A stretch of 64,000 nt of DNA from Spongospora subterranea f. sp. subterranea (taxonomy: Eukaryota), in NCBI GenBank assembly GCA_049724395.1, contig JAUGWO010000031.1, positions 1 to 64,000 of the forward strand, read 5' to 3'. The position numbers and the translations under genes are program-made. The notes beneath the pieces were generated by a model. The model ran no database searches and was not told the DNA's origin. It saw only the letters and a list, made by a program, of their open reading frames with translations. Positions 21,301 through 37,525 of the stretch are shown one piece after another (the first letter of the stretch is position 1; the number at the start of each line of letters is the position of its first letter).

Positions 21301-23996
21301 AAACTAAGAATCATACCATCAACTGCCATTTGAAGCTGATTGGCGAAACGTCAGCAACAAAATCCATAAGAAAGCGAGAGACTTTAAAGATAATTGAGTT
21401 GTTTCTTTTCAGACAACAATTTATTAACCCAGGGCTATACACACTTTGCCAAATTCAAGATGGTATACAAAAACGACATGATTTCGTGTAGGATTTGAGC
21501 CTACATTCACAAATTGTTGATATTCTGCTGATTTCTTGAATTTTAAATCAAACCATAGACTTAAGTTTGAAACGTATTTGAAAGCCACTTCAGTTTTGCG
21601 AGGTCTTCTTCCTCCTCAAATGTAAAAACTAAGAGAGCGTGCTTTCATCGACAAAAAGACTATGCGATCGACCTCGAGACTGGCGAGCCCCCTCCGTTTG
21701 CCTCCATCTTCCCTGAGCCAACCGGAAGCCAAGGAGTTCAAACGGTTTGTCACCGAAATGCACGTCCCCTGCAACAGCTTCAGTCTCGGTACGCCGATGA
21801 CGCAGCTTACCAAGAAGGTAGCGGAAGTAGAAAAACTGGTATTAGCTCCAGTTGCATATTCAACATCGGCTGAAACCTGTGAGCTTATTGAGAGCGAAAG
21901 TGAATCTGACTTTACAAACCATTGTCTGCACTGGAACGCGATAGCCCACAGGTCGATAATTCGGAAAATAAGGTAAATCTGATTACGGGTCGTCTCAACT
22001 CAGGTTAAGATCAATATAGCCACCATGATACTCCCAAGAATCGCAAACGCAAGATCAGGCCCCGACTGCAGATACTCCTACTAGCGCGTTGGCAAAGCTG
22101 CAGGAACTTGCCACCAATTTTATCTATTCAAGCAAATTTGAGAAATCAGTACTCCAGGATCATTAGCCTGTGTTGAATAGCAGAAAAGAAGAGCCCTGGG
22201 AAAGCTAAGAAAAAAAAATCGACAAAAATCCTTGCACAACCTACCAGTCTTATCAACATTCCAATAACACGGTTATTTGACGTCATTTTGATGGTGAACC
22301 TGATAAGTAGTGCACGGATTCTCATCAATATGTTTTCTTTAGTAGGTCTCCTAGGTCTCTTCTTCTCTGCAATTTGACACATTTCAGAGAGTATGAAAGG
22401 AGTGCTTTGGAAACATCGAGTTAGGGTAAAATCATCGACTTGTGGTCGTAACGGTCCTTCGGTAATTGGGTTTTATCCAGTTTTGTGCAATGAATTGAGA
22501 GATCCTCACCTTCGAGTAAGGTGTCAGTTGAGTTCCCCTTGTGCAATGAATTGAAGAATTTTCGACGTTCAAGTGGAGCGTCAATTAGCGGTCGACCCCG
22601 CGATTCTCTTTCTTCGGCGTTCGGAATGCGCTAACCAACATTCTCGATAAAAGCTTCCCATCGTTCTGGAACACGTAAGATGTTCGTCATCAGTGCGACG
22701 AACGAAATTACGGCACTACCATATACCATATAAAACAGAACGACAAACCTGTGGTCATTTTCACTGAGGCGGAGAGCACCAACACAATGGGATTTTTCTT
22801 AGCAATCTGGTAGTAAATCCAGTGCACCAACACGATGGGGTTGCTCCCTTTTCTTGTCAAAGTCGTTGTCCAGACTTTGGTGTGGTTTAAGATCAGATAG
22901 GCAACGCGCTCCTTCAGCTAACCAAGCAGCAAACCACGGCCTCTCCTTTGAATACCGGTCCTGAATAAGATGAGTTGTGGACATGTTATATACAATGAAC
23001 AGGTTGCAAACCAGTACAATTTGATGCCTTCCTTGAACGCTTGCTGCATTGGTTCGTTAACTGCTTCGATATGACTTGAAGATCGCCCCCATTATTACGA
23101 CCAACAGTCGTGTAATCGCGGTCATTCGCTGCGCGCACCTTACAGCCTTTGATCATTGAAATAGCAACCTTTTTCAGAAGTAAAAATTTGATTGCTTCCT
23201 TCAAGGCTTGGAGCGTGGAATTCAGGTAGCTTTTTGTTTACACACATGGTATGCTAACAAAAGTTGCACACCTGAAATAGGATGCAGCTTCAATGATAAA
23301 AGGATGCAAGGTGCATTTTGATTGTTCAGCGCTGGGAATTGACCGCCATCGTCGTGATGATGTGGACACATTCTGAAGTTAGTTACCGAATCAGTTAACG
23401 AACTAATGCAAACAACCAAAGTGTTCGGGCTCTCAGCCTTAATGACATATGCAGCCAATAGTGAACTGGACGTACGTGACCACCAGCTGGGCTTTGATGT
23501 TCGGTATAGTATTGCCATTGCCAACAACCAAAGAGTCAACGACTCAAAGCCCATGGCGCACCCCCGGCCTCATTTGTCGCTGGGTGCGCAGCCCCGCCTG
23601 TCGTGCATCACTCTGTCACTGGTACCACTGTGGGTGTAACACCCATCTGCCGTGTATTCACTTTCGATAAATATCGGTCGAGATCATTGTTAAACGTCGT
23701 ATATACGTTAATTGGAAGTGCTCGTTCTAGTGCAAAGCTTACAATGATGGACTCAGAAGATCAGGTTCAAACCTATGTAACTACGAGTTTTACTGGATTC
23801 CTCAAAAAATGGATCTATAGATGATGATGTTCGCGAACTTTTTCGGTTTCGGTTGTTTTCTGCTGATAATGTCGTATCATTTCGCATCCGCCGCCGCCAA
23901 GAACAAGTGGTAAAACATGAAATGTACAAACCACGGCATATAAACTATAATCAATTGCTGAAAAAGTTTTTTAGTGTCGGATTAATATAAAATAAT

Positions 23997-26577
<2,581 letters not shown>

Positions 26578-26708
26578 TTGGTCAAAGCAGGAAAAATCGG
26601 TCTATCGGATCAACTTACAGGTCCGTGGCGGATTCCGGGAATTCCGCACAGACCTGCCTTCCTGACGTCCAACGAAATCAATATTGCAGAGGGATAAATG
26701 CGAATATT

Positions 26709-27708
26709 TTACTTTGTCCATTGAAGTTTTCTGGATAATTCTTCCAAGTCGTGAACGATCATGAATTCAGCTGGAAGGCCTCGATTAGGAATCTCCGTTT
26801 GCATAAACTTGAACCGTTTCGCGTTGACGTCTTCGCATGGTCGTGGGCCTAATGATTTTGCCTGACAATATTCAACCTTGACTATCTGTACACCTCCAGT
26901 CCTGATAGCGACGGTTGCACTGTAGTTATTGTAGTGACCAATCGCCATCTTGATGCCGCCAAGCCACATCTCTTTGAGGATGACAGGAATAAGTCCTGTC
27001 ATTGACCCTAATGGGGCATCATCATCAGACGCTATCAGCCCTAACTCTTCAACCCAATGACTTCCTGGTTCACAGTTATTATCGTGGGCAACATATTCCG
27101 CTAGTTTTTTCGCGGCAATGACGTCTTTGCTTTCATCCTGTCTTAACGCCACCTCTGCAGCAGCGGTATCACATTCGGCTAGAAAGCACAGAATCTCTGG
27201 ATACTTATCCGCTAAGAAATATTCGATCAGTTTCTCGGAAATCCCGTTTAAGCTTGACATGTCGTTATCTCGTATTGCACGAGTAATTCTCTGTCCTTGA
27301 ATAAAGTCGAGCGAACGATATGGTATACATTATAATAGCCGACAAATAATCTCCTTTAGATGATAACAATGCCGCGCTTCTCGATGTCATTTGCGGCCAA
27401 AAACCATTGGTCATCAGTTCGATTTGTTCTTGGGCTGTGTGCCCGCCCATCGATAGACTGATGAGCTCATATTTACTCATTTGATCGGCAATAAGCTTGA
27501 CAGCTCCAGCATTTGGAGGCTGGTCAGGTCTTCGAGAACTATCAAGATGCTGAACATAACAGCCTAATGGAAGACTCATCGGTATGAACGAATGGGTGAC
27601 TTCCAATGCGTCAAGGTTTGCGTCAATGGATGACCTTGACCTCCAAAAACAGCGCAAATAGGTGACACAAAAACACCCAATATACTCTTGAGTGTATGTT
27701 TCATACAT
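26709..27708 (-). CDS. Orphan, apparently intronless ORF of about 330 aa split by one frameshift near 27325
   Basis: The 147-aa and 183-aa ORFs are adjacent, and the second frame is open upstream (IPYRSLDFIQGQRITRAIRDNDMSS). No recognised domain. Confidence 0.4.
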
Positions 27709-28374
27709 AAATAGCTTGATAATCGGCAGGTTTCAAAATTTATTTGTTGTAACTTCATCATGATCAGCTTTATGAAGTTCCTATCGGCTCTTCTCTCCTC
27801 CTCCAGCCTGTCATCCCTAGCCTGCCGAGCTTCTTCAAGTTTTGTCTTTCTTGAGTCCCTCTCTCATCTGTACTCCAAACCTCGCTCATGCTGTTTCGTT
27901 TCCATCATCAGCACCAATGATAAGAGGTTGTCTGTCCCCGGATTTTGCAAAAGGTTTTCAATCGCCTGGTCCAATTTTGGACGCATTGCCGCCGTTTGCG
28001 ACATTGTTGACGGAGAGGGTTTCAAGGTGGTTGGATTGGTCAACCGGCGTGTCATGTCGATCAGCTGGTTGGGAGTTCTGCCCAACCTGTTGCATGCTCT
28101 CGCGGGCGCAACAAGGGCAGCGCCGAAACCACTGGGGGACACGAATTATCTGGTCGCTTTCCTGAACCTCTTGATCCCAGCCGCGCTTTGTCGACACCAA
28201 ATCTAAGTCTGAAACGGGATTTGTGTCATTGAATTTGAGTGTTCGCACAAATTGCGTTTGCGCGGTTTTTGAAAGTCACCCAACTCGCACAACAAGCCCG
28301 ACGAACGAGCGCTCAACACTGCGGCCAACGGGCAAACACAATTCTGATTTTAACGTATCTATCATTTTTCGACA

Positions 28375-30153
28375 TTATTGGAATGTTTTGAATAATTCTC
28401 GCCCAATTAACATTCTGCGTATTTCGCTTGTTCCGGCTCCAATTTCGTATAACTTTGCATCACGTAATATCCTGAAAAACAGCAAAATTCCATATTTTTG
28501 AAATTAGGTAAAAAGAGCATTAGTACCTTCCAGTTGGGAATTCGTTCGTATAACCGTTTCCACCCAGAGCTTGAATCGCCTGAAGTGCGACTTGAGTTGC
28601 ACTCTCAGCAGTATAGAGTATAGTTGCAGCACAATCGGCACGAGATACGTGCCCAGCGTCACATGCCCGTGCTGTAGAGTAAGCCATCGCTCTGCATGCA
28701 CATAACGAAGCATACATATCAGCTAATTTTCCTTGCATTAACTACAGGAACATTTAATGGGGAAAAAGCAAATTCATGCTCGCTGCGCAAACCTGAAATT
28801 GTCCAATGGGTTTTCCGAATTGTTCCCTGTCATGAACATATGGAATTACAATATCCATCGCCGCTTGCATTAACCTAGCGAATATTAAATTGCTAACTCA
28901 GCACTTTTGGTACTTTGTACTCACCCTAACGGACCACCCGATAGTACAAGTCTTTCGAAATCTAATCCACTCATCAAGACCTCGACTCCTTTATCAACAA
29001 ACATAAGCGCATTCATATTTTAAACCTATTAGCAATAATCACCTTGGTTCAGCTCTCCAAGCAAATTAGATTTCGGAATGCGGCAATCCTCGAAGACGAG
29101 CTCACAGGTGTTCGATCCACGCATTCCCAACTTGTCGAGCTTTGAGGAAGTTGTGAACCCTTCAGTGTCCTAAGCCATATAAATGATGTATGTAGGTATA
29201 CAAACAAACTTCTCGCTGAACCTTTTCAACAAGGAACGCACTTATGCCTCTGGATTTGGATTTAGGATCAGTTTTGGCATACACAATGAGAACATTGGCG
29301 TCAGGACCATTGGTAATCCACATCTTGTTCCCATTCAAAATGAAAGAATCTCCATCAACATCCGCACGTATGCTCATGGATACCACATCCGAACCCGAGC
29401 CTATGGGTATTGATGACAACCTCGGTTTTCAAAGACAGGCTAATAAGTGTTTACCTGATTCCGACATGGCCAATGCGCCCACAAATTCACCACTTACTAG
29501 CTTGGGAACTGCAGTTGAACAGACTAATGTAAATATGATGTCAAGTTTTGCTTTTGAAAATTCTTTACGGTGTGCTTCTTTTTGCTGTTCATTTCCCCAA
29601 CGAGCTAACTGATTCACGCAAAGATTTGAATGAGCCGCATAAGATAGTCCAACCGAACCCGATGCCCTGCTAATCTCCTCTGTCACAAGAACATGCTCCA
29701 GATATCCCAAACCTAGTCCCCCATATTCCTAAACTTGACCATTATTTTGAAACTCCAAACAACATAGCAGTCAACGATTACGGCACTCAACCTGAGGTGC
29801 AGTCACTCCCAGCAGGCCAAACTCTCCCATTTTTAGCCACAATTCCTGTCAGATTACAGTCAATAATAGAGGAAAAATCGAATACAGCAAATATGAGTAC
29901 GTTGGGAAACTCATTCTTTGCATCGATATTGGCAGCCAAGGGAGCTATTTCATGTTTGCAAAATTCTTCAACGCCTTCTCTAAGCTATAAAAAATGATAT
30001 TGAGCACAGTGCGATTTGACAAAGGAGGTCAAAACAGCTTAGTACCTGTTGCTGAGCTTCTGTAAATCCAGAAATATTGTTTCCCAGATATGTGGATGAC
30101 CTTCTCCTGCTGTGGTTAATCAAACGCCATACGCTCGAACGGATGATGGACAT
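28375..30153 (-). CDS. IVD: Isovaleryl-CoA dehydrogenase, mitochondrial, multi-exon
   Basis: [85 protein letters not shown]. Confidence 0.95.
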
Positions 30154-30653
30154 GAGCGAACAACTATCTGGAGAGTCAAACAGTGAACAGCACAAAGGTA
30201 CAAGGCCACAAGTGGTTCCCCATCACGCGCTCCTTTTCTTCACTTAAACAGTGTCCCGGACTAGACTGTAATGGTGACCACACTACACAAGCCACAAAGT
30301 ACAGTTCCCGAGAAGAAAAAATCAGTCAAACGGTTGTAGGTTTAGTCAGGTGCAGCAGACAATCAGCTGCAAGTTCACGAGGCAGCAGGTATCACATACT
30401 GTGTTAGAAAAAACGGAATGTTTTTAGTGCTTGAACTGTTCCCTAGACTGTTCGAGTTTTAGTCGGTCAATAACAGCATCATGAATGGTTCGAGTATACG
30501 ACAGATAACGTGCATCAACCGTAAAATCAGGCCGTTTGTGATTATCAAACAGTCGCCAAGTGCGTCGAGCTTCAATCAAAATATGTGCTCTGCACTGAAA
30601 ATTGAACTCCGAGAAATCCAAGAGATAGGAAACCTTAGTTCAATTTATAGTGA

Positions 30654-32895
30654 TTAATCAGATTTCAAGTTTTTGTCCTGGTCGGTCTTCCATAGATCAC
30701 ATTTCTTGATCGGGTTCATTGGTGTACCGGGCTTACAGGAGAATGCTGAACCAAATAGTTGTGAGTTGGCAATGACTGCATTAACCCTAACCCTGGACGG
30801 TGGGTGGGGATTTGTTTGAGATAGGAGCGACTCGAATTCGGGCCGGGATCGCGAGCAAAATACCTGCCCATATGATAGAAAGTATAGTTGCCTAAGAGAG
30901 AGTTCTGACATCATCAATTGCTGGGTCTGAGCACTAATATTTTTGTTGGCAAATGCTAGCAGAGCATGTAAACCAATGTCAACAGCGCCATTATCCTGAC
31001 AATTGCAAGATTGAGTTCCATACCAAAATCAGTTCTAGACCTGTACCGCAATATTCTCTCCCATTGTAGTATTTCCGTTTACTTTGCTATCGGTGCGATT
31101 TTCGATGGCAGGGAACTTTGAGTATTGATCCGCATAACATTGTAAACGGCGTTTGAACTCTCCCTCAACAGGGGCTGGCCACCATTTCTCTATTCCTCCA
31201 TATTGATTAAATTGGCTCCCTGTCGTAGAAGATTGACTAATTTGTTCGTTGAGTTAAGAGGAATTACCTTTATCATCGAACCCGTGTACCAACTCATGGC
31301 TCATCGCAAACCCAATCCCTCCGAAGTTCATAGCCAATGGGTAATCATAGCTAAAGAATGGCTTTTGTAAAATGCCTGCTGGAAATGTGATCGAGTTCGT
31401 TGTCTATGCACATAAAAAGTCACTTCTCGAGGTATGGCAAATAATCAAATGTGCTGTCCTCATACAGGGTTGTAGAATGCATTAACAGTATCGACCGGTT
31501 GCGTCCATTTCCTTCTGTCAACCGGCTCCGATAGCGACTTGACTTTTGATTTCCAGCGCAGCTGCCGCAAGATGAATACATTCTCAAGAAAAGGCTGTTC
31601 TCGCGTGATAGGAACAGAAGCGGTAGTGGTATCCCATGTATCTGGATATCCCACTAGTTGCTCAATATTCTTTACTTTTTCTTGAGCCTTGGCTCTTGTG
31701 TTAGTGTCCATCCACCCTAACTCCCCCAATATATCCGAGAAAGCATCCTGCAGACTTTTCAGGATCGTTTTGGCCAAATCTCGCCCCGTACGAGACAGCA
31801 CTTTTTGAACGAACACCTTTCCAATGCTTTCTCCGACAAGTTCATTTGTTGTCTGAACGCACACCTCCCACCGTTCCTTGTTTTCTTCCTTACCCGCTAT
31901 CGTCTTGCCAAAGAAATCAAATGCGGATTTCGCGAACGCTTGAGGAAGCAAACTGGACAGGGATGAAATTAATCTCAATTTCAGTGCGTCTCGTAGATCT
32001 TGTATTGGAGTTGATTGTATAACCGCAGTGATGTTCCGGATCCGATCCAGTTGGTTCACCAGAATCATATCCGCTGATATTCCAGCAGAATCAAAAAACG
32101 ATCTCCAGTCCAACCCATTCGTATCTATGATCAGTTGGCCAATGCTCCTTTTCATTTCGCCTGCGTCTGCTCCCTTGCCCCTTGTCGTTTTGCGACTTCT
32201 CAATTGCCATGCCGCTATATTCTTTTCAATCTGGATGATTCTGTCAGCGGACTGATCGGGGTTCGATTCGCCAAGAAGAGTCCCAATACACCAGATACAT
32301 ATCGGCGATAGGGTTCGAGTTTGCAGTTTTTCCCATCACGATAATCATTGAGGTTTTTCATGACTAAACCTGATCCACTAATCGACGTGATGTATTGACG
32401 GGGATCGCGCTTATCAACAACAATGTCGATTTTGAAGAAGGATGGACAGCCAATCTGGTGCATTCGCCCCGATATAAACATGATATCCTCTATTTTCTGG
32501 GCTTGATCAATATCCTGCAATATCAGTTGCAGTGATGGAATATTTAAACCCAGGCATTCTATAGCGTCCGCGTCCATACATGAACCATACATCACTTGAA
32601 CCGACGGATCCACTTCGTCGGATGACACGATGTCTTTGAGTAGTTTCATATTGCTATCGGCCGTGGCCGTAAACGATCTCGATACTTTAGATTTAGAACC
32701 GTCCATATCCTTGTTGTTGTTTATCCACCCACCACATGCATACTCATAAAAGTCCACACATGGGTCGACCGTTGCGTTCATGGTCGCCCGAATGTTGCTC
32801 TCATACTGATCATACGATGATGGGCGGCTCAATCCGTCACCACCATAAATCATACACACAATGATAACCATGGTCAGCATTACCATCCGTATCAT
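30654..32895 (-). CDS. Peptidase M13 (neprilysin/ECE-like) zinc metalloprotease with a hydrophobic N-terminus; frameshift near 32280
   Basis: [49 protein letters not shown] (HExxH), [14 protein letters not shown]. Confidence 0.93.
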
Positions 32896-33128
32896 TTCAA
32901 AAATACGCTATCAGAGATTCTGAAAAGGTTGTGGACAATTTAAATGTTAGCGTTGACTCATTGCCACCGGAAACATAGGAAAGTGTTGTGTATTAAGGTT
33001 CCAAAATCAAGATATAGGCGAATCTTCACTAATAGGCCTGACTTCTGTGTTACGATTAACCCTTGTAGGTCTGCTGCTCATAGCTTCTAGCTAATACCAA
33101 CGATCAACAAAAGACAGCACAAACGGAG

Positions 33129-33805
33129 CTAGTTTACCGTCTGCCTTGTTTTGATCATATCATGTATATCGCGTATTGATTGCTCTAATGCCAATACGCG
33201 ATTGATACGGCTCCTCTCAAAGGCACTCTCCATAGAGGCCTGGCGAGATAGCATATTCTGTAACGATGTGATCCGTGAGAACACCTCGTTACGCCTATCA
33301 TCTAGTGATCGTAACGCCTCCTGTGCTGCATCAATCATTATCCTCACACGGGCAAAGTCCTGTAGTTGTGCTGATATCAAAGCCGGATCAGCCTCGTCTT
33401 CTGGCTCCCCTGCCAACTCGCGTCGCGTTCCTGCCGTTGTCCGGTTGTTGCCCAGCCGGTCGACCAGGTATCGCAATTGGCATATCTCATGACTTACCGT
33501 ATCGATGTCCTCTTGAATGGTACCGTATACCCGGGTAAGATCTCTCCTCGCTTCTAACAGCTCTTGGACGCGCACGACAACGCGTCTCTCAGCCATACTG
33601 TCATCGTTATTTGTAAAGCCATTTCCATCAGATAAAATATCACGCATTTCGTTTTGGTAGGTGATCAACTGGGCTTGTAATGATGATTCAGACGGCATTG
33701 TTCGAAGTTGACGTTGAGCACTAGTCTCAACTAAGCGAACCATAATGACGAGGATAACTATCACTATCTAACGCCGTGAATAATCAATGTTCGACGTTTC
33801 TGCAT
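33129..33805 (-). CDS. Putative secreted coiled-coil orphan protein
   Basis: A 211-aa ORF starting with hydrophobic IVILVIMVRLVETSA. The ATG at 33805 is one frame off. The body is heptad-rich. Confidence 0.5.
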
Positions 33806-33912
33806 GTGGCAGAAGCGATCAAGATATAAATTAATAGGATACGCGTGCCTAATTAGTACCCCAGGGAAAATTCGAATCATGCAGTGACCGAGCAAGGATC
33901 GGCAAAATTCTG

Positions 33913-35429
33913 TCAATGTGAAAAATCACTGCACCCGTAGGGAACAACCAATATATATAATGGCTTTTGCTGCCTATAAACATCTCCAGATGCCTCGGAT
34001 CGCACTGCAACATCATCAATCCTTGCCATACCTTCTCGTAATGCTAGGAATTCCAGAGTGGCGGCGCAGGACTGGCCCAAACTTATTGGACCTAGCGGCA
34101 CCATCTTATCAAGATTCAATATTGCCTTGAGTGTTGGAGAATCATTGTTGTTACTGTATGATTCCGACCCCGTTTCCCCTCCATCGAAAATCACAGAAAG
34201 GTCGCCTTCGATTCCTGAGAGGTTATTTACCATAACGGAGATAGTAAACGTAGAATGGTTTGTGACACGAGATGGACAGTTAAAAGTGATACTGATAGGT
34301 GCTGGAGGCGATATTCCCTTATTTGATAATACAATCTGATGGGTTATAAGTGACGATGAAGATGAAATTTCTAGTGTTAGGGAGAAAAGCGGTGAAGGAA
34401 ACGAAGTCGACCTCAATGATGAAATAGATACCAATATCGCTCCTACATCGTCAGGGGACAAAGATATGGGCAAGTTATCCCTATCGATGTATAATCGAAA
34501 TTCAGATTGTTGAGGCATGATTACATTGACTCGACGGATAATGATATCGTCATCGGATAAGGTATTAGTGATCTCGACACAATATAATGTGGAAGAAAAC
34601 AACAATACGTGGTGGTATTTGATCGAAACTGGAGCAACAACTGTCACATCTGATGATGACGAGATGAAGTGTTGGCTGTCATCTATGGAAGATCATTTCT
34701 TATCCATCAAGTACAAATACACAATATAGTTTACCAATAATATGGTGACTTTGCTCATGGCGAGAGAGTGAACGAATAAGGTCATGGCATGCATTAGGAG
34801 CGGTAAACAATGATATGTCGTCAATGTCAGGTAGTGTAGACATTGCAATTTCAGCTGATCTGAGATTAAAGACACTCCATATTAGTTCTATGAACTTCAT
34901 CTGAGCTATTGGCAATGGTCTACCTGCCATGTGGTCTTAGAATCACCTTGATTCGATCATATTTACATTCCCCAATGGTTAAACTAATCGCAATGCAAAC
35001 AGATTCATCTGACAGAATCTGAGAATGGGCTTTTTGGACTCCGTCATCTATTATTAATGTCAAAGTTAACGAAATTGAACAGGATCACTGATAAAAGCGT
35101 ATAACCGATGCGATCAGGATCATGCCCACTTATATACGGGAAGAAATGTCCATTGATTGATGCAGATCCTGTATCGTGCAATAAAATATCCACAGAAAAT
35201 TGGGATACTTGTTGATATGTCCAGTTTCGCTGAACTAACAGCGACTTCTCCAGATGAATATAAACAATGAGCGACTCTCCAAACAGCAGATAACGTCGGT
35301 GATACGACACATCCCTTAATCGGTGTAGTAAATCTATTTTATCATTGCATTAAATACCTGCACAAGGTCCTGAAACAGTGCCTGACCGATGCCATCTGGC
35401 GTTTTGAACGATGGAATTACGATATTCAT
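33913..35429 (-). CDS. TRAPP II subunit Trs65/TRAPPC14-like Ig-fold protein, multi-exon
   Basis: N-terminal RRYLLFGESLIVYI and C-terminal VPLGPISLGQSCAATLEFLALREGMARIDDV resemble the Trs65/TRAPPC13/14 pattern. Confidence 0.55.
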
Positions 35430-35696
35430 TTAGTCGTCAGCGGCGCCTATTTCAACTATCTCATTTCTCAAAAGCCAATACAATCCGTAAATCAAAGGGT
35501 TTACATATGTACACTGGTAAACAAGTTGCGATTTACAGTATCAATAGGAATCAACAACAATTCTTGAGATTGCCTCGCTAGTGTCCCCGATCGTTAACAT
35601 ACTGTATTTGCAGAAGAGAACAATGATGCCCGACTAGGGCTGAGGGCCTTAACCTCGATTGTGTTTTTTCATTATTTGATCGCTTTTCAGGATTAG

Positions 35697-36768
35697 TGTC
35701 ATGATCCGGAAAGTCTTAGGGTTATAAAAACCCGAGAATGATGGCCTTCAGCCATCATATTGTAGGAGGCATATGCCGCCGCCGATCTCTTTCCTTGACG
35801 TACTGTTGCTAGTGAATCCGCCGCAGAGTCTGCCCGAACAGCCCGGTTTGGGTCATCAAACTGCTGTCGGAATATCAGTAGGAACTGTTGAGAATTCCTG
35901 TGTCTCGAAGTAGGGAGTAAACCAATTCCTGGCTAATCCTAATGGAACGCTATCCAGTAGGATTCGGGCAGTATCAGTGGAATAAGTGAATGGTTGTTGC
36001 TGAATCACTAATGAATTTGATTAATAAAACCCCTGGCCATCGCCGGGTTGCCATTGAATGGCTCAGGCAGGCGCGCTTTCGATTCCCGGGGGTTGGATTG
36101 GGTTCTAGCGTTCGGATTTGTTCCTGGAGCTGGAGTTGTTTCAGGGTTTGACTGGTTTGTTTCAGTTGCAACATCATGTCGGCTGTGGCAGCTAATTGAT
36201 GCAGACTGTCTGGGGCGTCGGAGCTGGGGTCGTTAGAACGCATCTTGAGGGAAGTCGAAATTGAAATGAGGAAGGGAGATAGCAGAGAGGGAGAGAAAGA
36301 GACAAATGGACAAAAGGGAAGAGACCTAACGAAGGCGAAAGATACGTAAACCTTGATAAGCAAGCGGATCGTATAATGGTGTTAGGATAAGGAAGGAGAC
36401 TAAGGATATGTGTATTGGCGACTAATTATACGATCCCAGCTCCGAAGCCCCAGGCAGCCTGCACCAAACAACTGCCACAACCGACATGATGTTGCAACTG
36501 CAACAAACCATTCAAACCCTGCAATAGCTCAAGGTCGTGAGTTCGATTCCTTTAATGTTCACAGCATGTTGGGGTCAATCGCGGATTACATGTAACGGCA
36601 TGTTGTTCGTCTCTGTTTCTTGTTCGTCTCTCATCTCTCGGTTCACCAGTCAGAGGATAATTTAGGAAGTCGCACTAGGGCTGGAAGGTCATGGGGGTCG
36701 CTCCTAAACGGGGAATACTGTCATGATCCCGAAAGTCTTAGGTATATAATGACCCGAGAATGATGGCC
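35697..36768 (+). mobile_element. Retroelement remnant bounded by 50-bp TG-starting direct repeats
   Basis: TGTCATGATCC.GAAAGTCTTAGG..ACCCGAGAATGATGGCC at 35697-35746 and 36719-36768. The second copy follows a PPT-like AAACGGGGAATAC. Confidence 0.55.
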
Positions 36769-37525
36769 GTACCTTTTGGGACAGTTGGTAACCGCTGTGT
36801 ATATCGGGCACAGTTCCTAAAATTAGACCATAATAAACATAGTTTCATCGAAAGTTGTCAGTGTTTACTGCAGCCTTAATGTCATGCACCGGCCTGCCCT
36901 GCGATAAGGTATCTGAAACTATTGTGACTCTGACCAGATCATGTCCACCGGTATCCGCTCGTGCACCCAATCGCACAGGAAATGTGTCGTGTCGCTGAGC
37001 TAGACCCGTACAACTTTATCACAACACCCATCTCCAGAAACTTTGCAATCATATTATCGATATTGCCCTATTTCAAAACTAAACTTATTGCACAATGATA
37101 ATGGCAAACGCTTCACACATCGTCGGATCGCACTTCTACAACGGTAGACGAACGAATTATACTTCAACAGTATAAATCAAGCAATTATTCCATGTTTGAA
37201 ACTGAGGTCATTCCTGCTTTCATGCAGTTGACACCATTGACAAAACATTTGGTATGTTCTCTTATAACGCATTATCTTTGAACGATAGACAACTTCAAAA
37301 AAGATATACGCATTGCTGTGAAAGCCGAACCGCGAACATTTCGGAATTTATTCAAGTTTTAGGATGGTTTTGTACTTGCTTCATTTATTGTATTTTTAAA
37401 ATGCGTCGCTATAATGAGATTCGAAGGCAATAACGCCAAATCGTGACATTTTGTGGACCCGATCTTTGTTCGCCCACTATCGCCGCCTTCTCAAATCAAG
37501 TCTAATCCCCGAAAATGATTAATTT

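Noticed and set aside
30424..30621. Small 65-aa ORF downstream of the M13 gene
   Set aside because: It has a non-ATG start and no recognisable motif, which is too little support.
36524..36551. tRNA-like fragment ATAGCTCAAGGTCGTGAGTTCGATTCC
   Set aside because: It lacks D and anticodon arms, and its 5' part belongs to the inverted repeat arm.
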